The notes below the pieces were generated by a model, which saw only the letters and a list, made by a program, of their open reading frames with translations, was not told the DNA's origin and did no database searches. Made by a program: the position numbers and the translations under genes. From NCBI GenBank assembly GCA_977018835.1, contig OZ361260.1:2790001-2854000 (forward strand): a stretch of 64,000 bases of DNA. Direction: 5' to 3'. Positions 36,065 through 47,270 of the stretch are shown here, piece after piece (positions within the stretch are counted from its first letter, which is position 1; every line of letters starts with the position of its first letter). The stretch is from Minutocellus sp. GHC0000111. Taxonomy: Eukaryota.

Positions 36065-37854
36065 ATGTTGGACTCTGATTCCGATTCGGACGACAGCGTC
36101 TTCAACCAGCCGTTGCCGTTTGCTCGTCAGTCCCAGTCGCTGACCTCGGTGGGCGATGATGACGAGGGTGATGGGGGCGGCGGCAACGGCTCGACCTCGC
36201 TCTCCCAGCCCATGGCCGATGCGGCGGTGGGGAGCAGCGGTGGCAGTAGCGGCAGTGACAACAGCGGTGGAGACACGACCGACTGCTCGCCGACGCCCAA
36301 GAAGCGGGCTCGGAAGGGTGCTGATGATAATAATGATGATGACGAAGAAAAAGAGGAGAGGGTGGCCAGGAGGGGTGAGTCGTATCGATTCATCATTCGA
36401 GCTGATATCTGTACTAGTATTTGTGGGGTCCTAGCTACTGCAGCGAGCTAGTCAGCTCTTTTGCTGCAGATATGAATATCTCACCTTCCTTTCTCCCGCT
36501 AAATCAATAAATTTATTTTTCAGCCAACGCCCGGTTGAAGCACACTGTGCTGACCGATACCGACAAGAGGGCGCTCACATCACCGTCTCAGCTCTTTTGG
36601 TGCATCGCCAACAAAAAGGGTGGGAAGGGCAAACTGTACTATGCCTGTCGCGTGGTAGACAATCCCGATCAGTACAAGGGACTTGATTTGCCCAATCTAA
36701 AGGAGGGAGAGGTGTGCGTCCAGTACTTTGACTATGCCGGCGCTGCCTGTTCGCTGAAAAATTATGGGAATGTGAGGAGGTCCAAGCTGGTTCCATTCCA
36801 CGGCTCGCCTGGTGACGGGGATGCAGCAGCAGCAGCGGATTTGACGACAGCATCGTGGTGTCCTAATCTGTGTGCCTTATACGAAAAGCAGTTGCAAAAG
36901 GAGCTCAAGTCCAGGATAGCTGATGCTGAAGAGCGGGCTGTACGAATCCGAGTCCATTTATTGTTCCTGCCCATGGCATTGGAGCACGCCCGAGCCCAGG
37001 AAGCCAAGATCAAGCTTATGACGGCATCGCAGAAGAAGAACAAGAAGCGATCTCGTCCTAACGGCTGTATGAGCAGCAACGATATTGACGCAGCGTTGGC
37101 AGACAACGAAGCGACGGATGATAATGATGCCTCGTCCGGAGAAGATGACAACGACGATGACGACAATGATTCTCTCGATCCCGCCAGCAAGAAGCGCAAG
37201 ACGGAAACACTCCGGCCCGGTGATGTTCTCGAATTCTACCATATCATGGCTGTTCACGGTAGGAAGGAAGATCTTCGTCAGGCAAAGATTATTTCGGTCG
37301 ATCCAAAGGAAGTTTCCGTTCTCATCATGGACAATGGAGAATGTCTGCCCAAGGACCATCAGATCAAACGCATTAAAAAGATTCACCGTGGTAAACTTGT
37401 TGATTGCGACAATGCGAATTTTCAGTCAGTCGATTATTTCCGTCTTTCCAAGGCCAAGCTAAAAGATGTTGATGCAAAGAAGATTCAGGGTGCGGCAATT
37501 GCCAAGGAGGCTAGCCGAGTTGGTGAGATTATCAAGCGAAATATGACCCAGTTCCAGGAAAAGGCTCAGGCCGATGGATTTGCACCCATGGATTTGATGC
37601 AAGGCTTTAAGTATAAGGACGGCACCAGTACATGCACGGATAGGACGAAGGTCGACCTTTCAGATGACATTGAAGCCGCGAGTAGCAAGCAAAGGGAGTT
37701 ACAGCGGACCATAGATGGTGCTACGGACGCCGCGGCTACTTGTGGAGCAAATGCAGATGATGACAGAAAGCCGTCAGCGGCACTATCGGAGACGCGGAGA
37801 CAAGATGATGACGATGATGGAGAGAAAAAGACCGAGGAGTGGACCGAGATTTGA
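36065..37854 (+). CDS. Uncharacterised nuclear-type protein with PWWP-like and RPGDV domains (paralog 1); exons 36065-36374, 36524-37854
   Basis: GT-AG intron joins the frames; NLS-like PKKRAR and KKRK. Shares two domains with the gene at 38336-41590. Confidence 0.75.
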
Positions 37855-38335
37855 TTGTAAATCCGAAGGATCCCTGCAATAGTAACTACTGTAAATGTCG
37901 CCTTGCTCTAAAGATCAGATGAGGGTCAGTCATGAATGAAGCGAACGAGAAAAAGCGAGCGAGCTTGGACAAGCAGGACAGAGCGCCACAGCGCCCCATT
38001 GCAAAACTTAAACTATCATAGCTCCAGTCAGTCCGTAACTGGGCCCTAATGTAGCCATGAACGTCGTGGCCCTGCTCGCAATGACCTTTGCCATTGCTTT
38101 CATTGCTCCAGTGGGACGATATGTCTATCAAAAATGGCTTGTACAGTGCTGGCACTCAACCGCTGCGGCTGTGGTAAGAGGACAAGAAAAGACAAAAGAC
38201 ATAGTGGCTGCGAGCGCTGAGAAGGACTTCGATCCTAGGGCGTACGTTGCCAGTACTGGTGTCTAATACATACATGCACCTGCGGCAAAACTTTTACTTA
38301 GATTACAGCTGTATTATCAACCAATCGATAATAAT

Positions 38336-41300
38336 CTACTTGAATCTGCGGAGAGAAAAGGTAGATGTCGGTCGGGATGCGGATGCTGCACCTGTACCGG
38401 CACCCGAATTGCTGTCGCCGCTTGCTTCTTCTTTTTTCTTCTTGCACCGTCTACTGGTCGTAGCAGCACCAACATTTGAAGCTTTGGGCTTCTTGGCTCG
38501 TCCGCCCAGCCTCTGCATCCAACCATCCTTCTCTTTCTCATCAGAGGACGTCATATCAATGAGAGGGCTTCCCGGGGAGGAATTCTTCTTGGTCTTCGCT
38601 TTCTTCTTTGATGATGAGCTGGGCTTGATCTGCTTCTTCTTTTTGTCCGATACAGTGATCATCCTCTTTCGACCTTTGGGCTCGAAGTCGTCATCCGATG
38701 ACTCGAACGAAAGACTATCGTGCTTCTCGTCCTTCTTTTTCTTTTTCTTCTTTGCCGCAGATATCTTCTTCCTTGGACTTGTATCCCAGACATCTCGCTT
38801 GGGCGTCTTCTTCACATCGGGTGACTTGCGCTTGTTGGATGACTTCTTCCTTTCATCCCGGGAGTTTTCAGAATCTGATGAGGATGATGAGGCAGGTGAC
38901 ATGGCGCCTCTACCCTTCGTTCTATCAATATCACCACGTTTCGGGACGGTTGGGAGACGCAGTGCTGGAGACTCAAACATGATATCATCATCATCATCGC
39001 TGGAGGGCGATAAATCAACGGCAGGTGATGCTCCGGCATGTTTCTTTTTGCCTTGTTTGCTGAAGATCCATTTCGTCTTGGACGTGGCGGGAGATTTCCT
39101 CGGCTGGTCTTCTTCTGAGTCACTGCTTGATGACTCTAGCAATGCCGAGGATTGCGAAGATTCCTGGGAGGTTTTCTTCGAAAGACGATTGCCTTCATTC
39201 GAAGAAGGACGTGCGATTTTGGCCGTATATCCATTCTTTGGACGTTCATTGATGGGAGAGAGGCCAGATTTCTTTTTCGTCTTTCCTCTTTCCTTCGTCG
39301 CCATAGATCCGCCGCTGGAATCAAAATCAAAATTGATTCCCTTGTACTTAGTTGTCATCACATCCATTGGTGCAAAGCCGTCCGCTTCGGCCTTTTCTTG
39401 GAACTTGGCCATATTTCGACGAATGATACCTCCAACCCGGCTAGCCTCCTTGGCAAATCCAGCAGATATCTTGTCAGAACGCCCTTCCATCACAGCCTTC
39501 TCCAAGACAAAGCTCTGAATTGGCCGAGATACACCCGCGTGAGCATGAAGCTTGTCGCCCACAAGGACCTTTATCCTGCGGATCCTGGTATCGTTCGGTA
39601 AAACATCTCCATTATCCAGAACCAGGGCTGGATCGCGTTTGGGGTCCACGGAAATTACCCTGGCCTCCCGATGACCCCTCTTATCACCAGCTACGAAAAG
39701 GAAAGACGAGTACTCTATAACATCGCCAGGCCGAATGGGTTCTTTTGACTTGATGTTGTCAGGATCGAGGACGGGAGGTGGTAGATAGTCATCGTCCGAC
39801 TCGAGACCAAGAGCCTGCGTATAGCGGATGTCCATTGGCTCATGATCATCATCATCTTCTTCTACTACATCCTCGTCAGATCCACCCTCGTTGCAATCAT
39901 CCTCGTCATGAGTAGACGATGTTCCAGCAAAAGATACTCTGGCCTTTGATGATCGCCCTGTGCTACGCCTCTTCGGGGGCAAGGCTTCCTCTTCAATAGG
40001 ACTGGTTTCTTCCTCACTCTCACTGTCGCTGCTATCACTGGACAGTGATATGCTTTCATTTGTCTCAGCACTATCATTCAATCGCCGAGCACTATCTTGG
40101 CGTATTTCCTCGTCAGAGCTTGTGGATGAGCTATTCGAACCAATATCTTCGCTACGATACTTGGGCTTGGCTGTGGTAGTGGTAATACTGGCGGCGACTT
40201 TCTTTACTTCCATACGATTATCCCGTTCCTGGCTAAAAGATGTGGGTTCGGTCCCTTCGTCGTCATCCACATCTTCATCATTCGAATCTTCCGATGATGA
40301 GACGCTGTTGTTTTTGGACTTGGTGCCCCCACTTCTAGCAGTAGCTTGATGCTTCTGCCGAGGTTCGAGACGATTATTCAACTCTTGGCTCCATGATATC
40401 TCTCCTTCTTCCGCTTCACTGTCACTTGACGAATCGTCCTTCTTCTTGCCATCGTCGCTGAATTCAAAAATCGTGGCTTTCTTCTTCATTTTGGAACCCC
40501 AATTGCTCCCACTAGCACTGCCGATACTTGCACTTGACACACTGCGGTCAGTGTCGCTATTGCTATTCTCGTCAGATCTACCAGCCTCTTGCGAACGGAC
40601 ACTATCCAACACCTTTTGCAGATACAGTGTCTGCACGAGAACATCCACACGAACAGCGTCCCGACTCGGCATTGGGGCTGATCCACCTTTCCTGGCCTTG
40701 CTCTTTCGCTTTCCTCCATTGGCACTCGCACCTCCAGAGCTAATGCTTCCGTTGCGCAGCTGCTTCGATCTTTGCTTTCGATACCTTTCCATCAAATTTT
40801 CGCACCAGCTCCCGCCTCCAACCATGGTGCCATTGGCTCTCTGAACCTTCCTCTTGTTGCTGCCGTTGCCGTGGCCGTGGTAGGGGGTCAGTTGCTTCCG
40901 CGAGACAAGTCTAATCTGCCCAATATTGGGATAGACAATGTATTGAACCAACACCTTGCGCTTTTCATCCCATGTTTCCGGTATGCCGGGCAAACACATG
41001 GCCTCGTCGCGTTCGCAGGTCCGACAGGGATGAACCTCCATGTCAGAACGGTGCCAGAATAGATGGGATTGGGAGCGAATCCTCGTCGAGACGTTGACAT
41101 ATTGCACCTTTCGTTTAGCCATCTGTTGTATTTCTTGTTCTGTGACGGGACAATACGTGATACGATCGTAACGTAATGAGTGAGAGAGATTTACGTGCAA
41201 AGTAATGAAGGAGCAATGCCGCGAGCGGTCCCAGATACGTGCACCATCATGGACCGACTTACCAGAAAGAGAGGGCCCGCCGACATTTGTAGCTGCCGAA

Positions 41301-41590
41301 GGAGATGGGCGCTTGCCCTTACGTTTGTCGCGGGAAGTATCAGCACGGAGAGGCTTGTTCCAAGCGGCAGCCCCGCTGCTGCCGCTTCCCGCCCTCGATG
41401 CCGAGCCAGCCGAGCCCGATGACGAAGTGCTGGTGGGCCGGGCGGATTGCTTCCTCCTTTTGACCTGCTTCTTGACCGGCGACGGAGATGGAGACTTGGG
41501 GTCCTCCACCTCGCTGTCGTCCATCAGGGAGTCCTGACTCGACATGTCGAGGAGGCGCTGCGCCGGACCGCGAGGTATCGGGGTCGACAT
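38336..41590 (-). CDS. Uncharacterised low-complexity nuclear-type protein (paralog 2); probable in-frame 123-nt intron at 41262-41140
   Basis: Long ORF with Ser/Asp/Lys tracts and the same two globular domains as paralog 1. Confidence 0.78.
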   Translation of the reverse strand: MSTPIPRGPAQRLLDMSSQDSLMDDSEVEDPKSPSPSPVKKQVKRRKQSARPTSTSSSGSAGSASRAGSGSSGAAAWNKPLRADTSRDKRKGKRPSPSAATNVGGPSLSGKSVHDGARIWDRSRHCSFITLHVNLSHSLRYDRITYCPVTEQEIQQMAKRKVQYVNVSTRIRSQSHLFWHRSDMEVHPCRTCERDEAMCLPGIPETWDEKRKVLVQYIVYPNIGQIRLVSRKQLTPYHGHGNGSNKRKVQRANGTMVGGGSWCENLMERYRKQRSKQLRNGSISSGGASANGGKRKSKARKGGSAPMPSRDAVRVDVLVQTLYLQKVLDSVRSQEAGRSDENSNSDTDRSVSSASIGSASGSNWGSKMKKKATIFEFSDDGKKKDDSSSDSEAEEGEISWSQELNNRLEPRQKHQATARSGGTKSKNNSVSSSEDSNDEDVDDDEGTEPTSFSQERDNRMEVKKVAASITTTTAKPKYRSEDIGSNSSSTSSDEEIRQDSARRLNDSAETNESISLSSDSSDSESEEETSPIEEEALPPKRRSTGRSSKARVSFAGTSSTHDEDDCNEGGSDEDVVEEDDDDHEPMDIRYTQALGLESDDDYLPPPVLDPDNIKSKEPIRPGDVIEYSSFLFVAGDKRGHREARVISVDPKRDPALVLDNGDVLPNDTRIRRIKVLVGDKLHAHAGVSRPIQSFVLEKAVMEGRSDKISAGFAKEASRVGGIIRRNMAKFQEKAEADGFAPMDVMTTKYKGINFDFDSSGGSMATKERGKTKKKSGLSPINERPKNGYTAKIARPSSNEGNRLSKKTSQESSQSSALLESSSSDSEEDQPRKSPATSKTKWIFSKQGKKKHAGASPAVDLSPSSDDDDDIMFESPALRLPTVPKRGDIDRTKGRGAMSPASSSSSDSENSRDERKKSSNKRKSPDVKKTPKRDVWDTSPRKKISAAKKKKKKKDEKHDSLSFESSDDDFEPKGRKRMITVSDKKKKQIKPSSSSKKKAKTKKNSSPGSPLIDMTSSDEKEKDGWMQRLGGRAKKPKASNVGAATTSRRCKKKKEEASGDSNSGAGTGAASASRPTSTFSLRRFK

Positions 41591-41721
41591 TTGTGATGGC
41601 TGCATGAGTGCATGAGTTGAGTTGCGAATGAAGCTGAACAATAAGGCCTTTTGCACTATGGCGTTGTGACACATGATGACATCGAATAGAAACACTTTTG
41701 AAGTTACTAGTAAGTTTTAAG

Positions 41722-43131
41722 TCAAATGAAGCCCCAACGAGCATTTTGCAAACCATCTCGATTCCTCAAGACAAGTCGAGAATGTTTCATTGCTTCTCTT
41801 ACGCTGGCAATGTCGTTGCCAAGTTCTCCATATCGTATTTGGTGAGCCATCTTGAGCTGGTCAGTCCAAAATGCAATCTTCTTGGTTGACAGAGACTTCT
41901 CTTCGGCATCTTGCGTGGCAGTGCTGCTGATGGCAGCCGCAAGCTCATAACAAAGGTGCAGTATAGATAAGTGTTCGGTGCTGGCATTATGGAACGAAAC
42001 AAAGGCAAAATGCAAATTCATTGCGAGGGATAGTATTCTCTTCCGATCGGGACTGTTGCTGGGTTGGAGTGCCGCATTGAAAAAATTGATGAAAAAGTTG
42101 GTGCACCCAAGTCTGAAGGCTCGCTTGGCTTCGTTGGAAAGTGACGGGCTGGAAAGCAGAGTCTCCAGTGATTGCAAGTGTTCCTCGAATTCCGATGGAC
42201 TGGGTAGCATTTCTCCGCATAAATTGCTAAGATTCAAGGAATCAAGAGCTTTGAGACCGTCTGAAAAATCTGAACCTGCCTCATCCAATGCTTCACACTC
42301 CAAAACGCAACGTTTGCATTTGCATTGGAAGCCAAACTTTCCACTTATTTGTTCCTGCCTGATGTGATATGGCTGTGTTGCCGGTATGTACGACCAACCG
42401 ATCTCTTCTCCTTTCGATATTGGTGCATTGGCATGAACTGCCATTATCTCTCCGGCAAAGACTCTGACTGCGTTACTTGCACATGAATGATTGATGATTG
42501 CAGCGAGAGGATACATTCCAAGGATGCGACGATAAGGACCGGCGCTAGTAGACGCATATGCAGTCCAGGTCTCTTCGATCCGCGCGTAGTTATGATAATC
42601 AGGACCAAAAGCATTGTGCCTGATGATGCCGAGCAACACATCCTTGTCATTGGCCCGCGTTGCATCAGTAGCTGTGAGTTTGGTCAAACCCAGGCATTTG
42701 CCAAGCAATACGTCGATTTCCGATTCACCATACTGCTGTAAACATGGAATGTCTTCCTCATCACTGTGTGCAGATGTCAAAGCCATGAAGCTCGCAGCAA
42801 CCGCCTTATCGTTGGCCTTGACGGAGCGCTTCATACTCTTGAGAAGCGAAAACTCGGCAATCTCTTCAATGCTCTTCTTCCCGTTGCAGCTGGACCACAG
42901 ACGCTGAACTTCGTGGATATTGGCAGATACCGTCGGAGGCGTCACAAACAAACATTCTCCCGGCTTGATATCACGAGTGGCGATCAGGCCTCTCCCATGA
43001 ACAACAACGTCATTATTTTTGGCTTCGGCCACCTCCACTGGTCCAATGAAAGTGGCATCGGGCGCAGTGGAGGCCGAGGACTGATCAGCGCTAGTAGCGG
43101 CCTGGAACAGATAATATGAAATATCGCGCAT
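41722..43131 (-). CDS. SET-domain lysine methyltransferase (SMYD-like)
   Basis: HGRGLIATRDIKPGE, INHSCASNA, GEEIGWSY and post-SET FQCKCKRC. Confidence 0.88.
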   Translation of the reverse strand: MRDISYYLFQAATSADQSSASTAPDATFIGPVEVAEAKNNDVVVHGRGLIATRDIKPGECLFVTPPTVSANIHEVQRLWSSCNGKKSIEEIAEFSLLKSMKRSVKANDKAVAASFMALTSAHSDEEDIPCLQQYGESEIDVLLGKCLGLTKLTATDATRANDKDVLLGIIRHNAFGPDYHNYARIEETWTAYASTSAGPYRRILGMYPLAAIINHSCASNAVRVFAGEIMAVHANAPISKGEEIGWSYIPATQPYHIRQEQISGKFGFQCKCKRCVLECEALDEAGSDFSDGLKALDSLNLSNLCGEMLPSPSEFEEHLQSLETLLSSPSLSNEAKRAFRLGCTNFFINFFNAALQPSNSPDRKRILSLAMNLHFAFVSFHNASTEHLSILHLCYELAAAISSTATQDAEEKSLSTKKIAFWTDQLKMAHQIRYGELGNDIASVREAMKHSRLVLRNRDGLQNARWGFI

Positions 43132-43595
43132 GACAATGGCTCGTGTATTTGTGCGTACTAGCTAGCTAGAATACTTGCCGAGTAGCAGCGATGGCAGCCA
43201 ACCAATGATGCCATTGGTACTACTACCGGTTGCGTTGGACAGCAACAAACGGGATCATTACGCCATCAGGACCAGTCAGAACGGGACCAGGGTAAACTGA
43301 ATGAAGGTCTTCAACAAGGGCCATTCCCTTCGTCGAAGTTTAGATCTACTTACCGGTACTACTGTAGTATTGGTACCGGTACGCATGCCGTGATCATTAA
43401 TACAAACTCCTTTACCGTAAGTTTAAAATATAGATCTATTCGTATCTGTGTGCTGGCAGCAGGGCATTGAGCTCGTATCGTTGCCGCGCCAAGCACTTTT
43501 CGTTCGACATCATCACTTTTGAGAGGGCAAAAATTTCTTGACCTGATGAATCATCAGATCAATCCAACCGCCAAAACCATGCATGGACAGCATCT

Positions 43596-45491
43596 TTACA
43601 TGTTGTCGCAGAGGGCCTGGAACTCGCGCTGCATCTCGTCGTTAAGGTCACCGTCCTAACCCTAACCCTAACCCTAAGAACTTCATCTCCGCCTCGGGGG
43701 TACGGGGATCGACGTACTTGGAGTCGATGATCTTCTGGATAACGGGGGCAAGGGCAGTCTTGATGTGAGCGTAGGTGAGCTTGGCATCGGCGGGAGAGTC
43801 GGCGATGGCCTTCTGGCAGAGATCGTAGAAGTTGATGATGGCGGAAAGCATACCAACGGTCTTGAGAAGGGGGCAGGTGTAGTCGTGCTCGGTGAAAGCG
43901 TTCTGCGCGAGGAAATCCTCACGGATGAGCTTGGCAACCTCCATGATGACCTTCTGATCCTCGGAAAGGGACTCCTTACCGACGAGCTGGACAATCTCGG
44001 AGAGGTTGTCCTCCTGCTGGAGGATGGTACGGCCCTGGTTACGGAGGTAGGAGTAACGGGGGTCCATGTTGTTGAAGAAGGGCTCAAGAACGTTCATGTA
44101 CTTGGTGTAGGAAATGAGCCAGTTGACGGAAGGGAAATGCTTACGCTGGGCAAGCTTCTTGTCAAGACCCCAGAACACCTGCACAATGGACAGAGTGGCG
44201 GCCGTAACGGGATCGGAGAAATCACCACCGGGAGGAGAGACGGCACCGACAACGGTCACGGTACCCTCACGCTCGGGAGAGCCGAGGCAGGAAACGCGGC
44301 CGGCACGCTCGTAGAAGGCGGCAAGACGGGCGCCGAGGTAGGCGGGGTAGCCGGAATCGGCAGGCATCTCTCCAAGACGACCGGAGATCTCACGAAGGGC
44401 CTCGGCCCAACGGGAGGTGGAGTCAGCCATCATCGAAACGTTCATGCCCTGATCACGGAAGTACTCGGAGAGGGTAATACCGGTGTAAATGGAGGCCTCA
44501 CGGGCAGCGACGGGCATGTTGGAGGTATTGGCAACGAGGGTGGTACGCTGCATGATACCAACCTCGCGGTCCTTGCCGGTGTCGGCATCGGTAACGGTCA
44601 TGGTAAGCTCGGGGAAATCACAAAGGACCTCCGCCATTTCGTTACCACACTCACCGCAACCGACGTAAACAATGGCGTCGGAGTTGGAGAACTTGGAAAG
44701 GGACTGGGAAATCACAGTCTTACCGCAGCCGAAAGCACCGGGAACGGCACAGGTACCGCCGAGCACGGAGGGGAAGAGACCATCAATGACACGAAGGCCG
44801 GTGATGAGGGGCTGGTTGCCGGGGAGCTTCTCCTGGATGGGACGAGGCCGACGGACGGGCCAGAAGTGGCTGAGGGTGAGGTAGTGGGTCTTGTCCTGAG
44901 CCTCGTTGTAGACCTCCATGACGACGTCATCGACAAGGAATGTCTCCTTGCCATCAGTTCCGGTGGTGTGGAGCTTGGAAACGACGCCGTAAACATTGGG
45001 AGGACAGAGAATCTTGTGCGAGTCAATGAGCTCGTTCTCGTAAACGATGCCAATGACATCACCGCCGGTGACGGGCTGTCCCTCGCGGAAGTTGCCGGGG
45101 GTGAAGGTCCACCTCTTGGCGCGGGTCAGACAGGGAACGTCCACACCCTTGGCAACGTAGACGTCGCCGGTGTCCTGGAAAATGTCCTCCAGAGGACGCT
45201 GAATACCATCAAAAATGGTGCCCATGATGCCAGGTCCGAGCTCGACGGACAGAGGCTGCTTCTTGCGGAGGACGGGATCCCGACGGTAAGGCCGGAGGTA
45301 TCCTCATAAACCTGGATGGAGGCCGTGTCGCCCTCGAGCTTAATGATCTCACCGACCAGCTTGGAGTGGCCGACACGAACGAGCTCGTACATGGCAGCAC
45401 CGGACATGCCATCGGCAACGACCAGAGGTCCGGAGACCTTGAAGATGAAGCCGTAGTCGGACTCCTTCTCGTCGGAGGCGTAGGAAGGCAT
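43596..45491 (-). pseudogene. VHA-A: V-type H+-ATPase catalytic subunit A, disrupted (1-nt deletion ~45280, GERGNE changed to GECGNE, 22-nt telomeric insertion near the 3' end)
   Basis: [17 protein letters not shown]-loop, [30 protein letters not shown] and [13 protein letters not shown]. Lesions are read directly from the sequence. Confidence 0.9.
43655..43677 (-). repeat. Interstitial telomeric repeat (TTAGGG)x3.8
   Basis: CCTAACCCTAACCCTAACCCTAA on the + strand. Confidence 0.95.
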
Positions 45492-46119
45492 GATGAAAAA
45501 TTAAAGTTAAAGAGTATATTGAAATCTGAAGTTGGGGTGGCCAATAAGGAAGAAAATTCAACGGTGAGAATATTCATCGGAGTATGAACGCAAATGACGA
45601 GTTCCACCCGGCGAGAGAAGACGCATCGGAGGGAAGCAAGAGCGGCACATCATGTGCTTCGTTTCCAGAACCCAAGAGATACATTCGCACAAAAGATACA
45701 TACACCACAAAGAGCGCCAAAATATTTGCAATGGTCGAGGGGGGGTACCCAAAGGAAGCCAGGCAAAGAGCGGCCGCAACAACGCAACTCACCGTTCCGA
45801 TCTCAAAGTGTGGTCCATGGTGAGGATCGAGGGCTCGCCAAATTTGGACCAGTGTGAATGAGCGGGACCAAAATGACGTCGATATTTCGTCATAGAAAAG
45901 GGAAATGGAATAATACGTACGTTTTAGACGTACGACAGTACGGGCAATAACGCTGCAAAAAATTGCGCCAGGCAGGCCCATTGCGGCAGCAGCTGGCAGC
46001 AGCAGCTGCTGCTGCCAAGCTGCATTTGCATGTGATTTTGCGGTAGGCCCATGGATGGGTTTGGTCAAGAGCGCTGCTTGTCATTTGTTGTGATCAACGC
46101 TGCGCATCGCATCTCATAG

Positions 46120-47103
46120 ATGGAGGAAGATGAAGCAATAGTGGCGGAGCGGGCGGCCCTGCGAATACCATCCGCCGCTGTTACCGCCGAGCCCGCCTTC
46201 TCTTTCACTTCGGTCCGCAACTCCGTCGCAGCTGGTTATGTTGCCGGCGTTTCGGGAATTCTGATCGGGCATCCACTCGACAGCATCAAGGTGCTGATAC
46301 AAATGAGAGGCAGTAGTTTGGTCAGGGGCAGTAGTGGTGCTGGTAGTGTTGCACAGAAACGATCTCTGCTATCGTTGTACTCGGGCGTTCAGGGACCGCT
46401 CCTCACGGTTGGTGTCGTCCAGGCCATCAACTTTGCAGTATATGACTCCATAAGACGACAACTGCACTCTCGGCGTCATCCTGATAACAACGATGACAAC
46501 GGTTACCTGCATGACTTTGCGCTGGCGGACATTATGGTAGCATCGTCCATTGCCGGGGGCGTTGTTGCGACCATAACGAGCCCGCTTATGGCCATTAAAA
46601 CCAATCAACAGATCAATCCAAGAGGCTTTCGACAAACCATGACGGAACTGTATGCAGCACCGAGGGGCGGTGCTTTCTTTTCGGGATTTGGGCCGCATTT
46701 GTTCTGTGATTCTTTCGGCAGAATGTGCTACTTATCGTGTTATGAGTTGATGAAGCGAAGTATTGTGCAATCCAGACAATATGATCTTGGCAATGGTGAT
46801 GGCATCAATGATACACGAGACCTGTCTCTTCAAGAACGAATGATTTGTGCCGGAGCATCGGGAATGATTTGTTGGACGATCATCTATCCAGCCGATGTAT
46901 TAAGATCAAGAATGTATGCCAATGCGCTCGTTGAGTGTCGGCCAGGCCTGTTGCAAATGGCCAAATCAATTTATAATGAGGAAAAGAGCTTGAAGCCTTT
47001 TTACCGTGGATTGGGGGTGACTGTGTTGCGTGCAGCACCAGTGGCTGCGGCTGTGTTGCCCGTTTATGACTTTGCCCATGCATGGCTTACAAAAGCCAAT
47101 TAA
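46120..47103 (+). CDS. Mitochondrial carrier (SLC25; carnitine/basic amino-acid-like subgroup)
   Basis: GHPLDSIKV, SPLMAIKT and YPADVLRSR signatures; FYRGLGVTVLRAAP. Confidence 0.88.
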   Translation: MEEDEAIVAERAALRIPSAAVTAEPAFSFTSVRNSVAAGYVAGVSGILIGHPLDSIKVLIQMRGSSLVRGSSGAGSVAQKRSLLSLYSGVQGPLLTVGVVQAINFAVYDSIRRQLHSRRHPDNNDDNGYLHDFALADIMVASSIAGGVVATITSPLMAIKTNQQINPRGFRQTMTELYAAPRGGAFFSGFGPHLFCDSFGRMCYLSCYELMKRSIVQSRQYDLGNGDGINDTRDLSLQERMICAGASGMICWTIIYPADVLRSRMYANALVECRPGLLQMAKSIYNEEKSLKPFYRGLGVTVLRAAPVAAAVLPVYDFAHAWLTKAN

Positions 47104-47270
47104 TTTATGTGGTATTTTTCTAGGGCGGTTTGTTAGAATAGAAGATAGATAGAGGGAGAGAGAGAGAGGGACCATTAGAAACGAACGGAGGTATCCTAGG
47201 GATATTCTTTCTACGTAGTACGTGAATTCGAATCAGAGTCGAACTCTTTTCTTCACCTTCCTTGGCTAGT

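Noticed and set aside
37855..38266. Small 69-aa TM ORF or decayed extension between the paralog pair
   Set aside because: Frames are inconsistent and no motif is recognisable; cannot be supported
43765..45309. 514-aa + strand ORF over V-ATPase A
   Set aside because: Antisense shadow of a highly codon-biased gene
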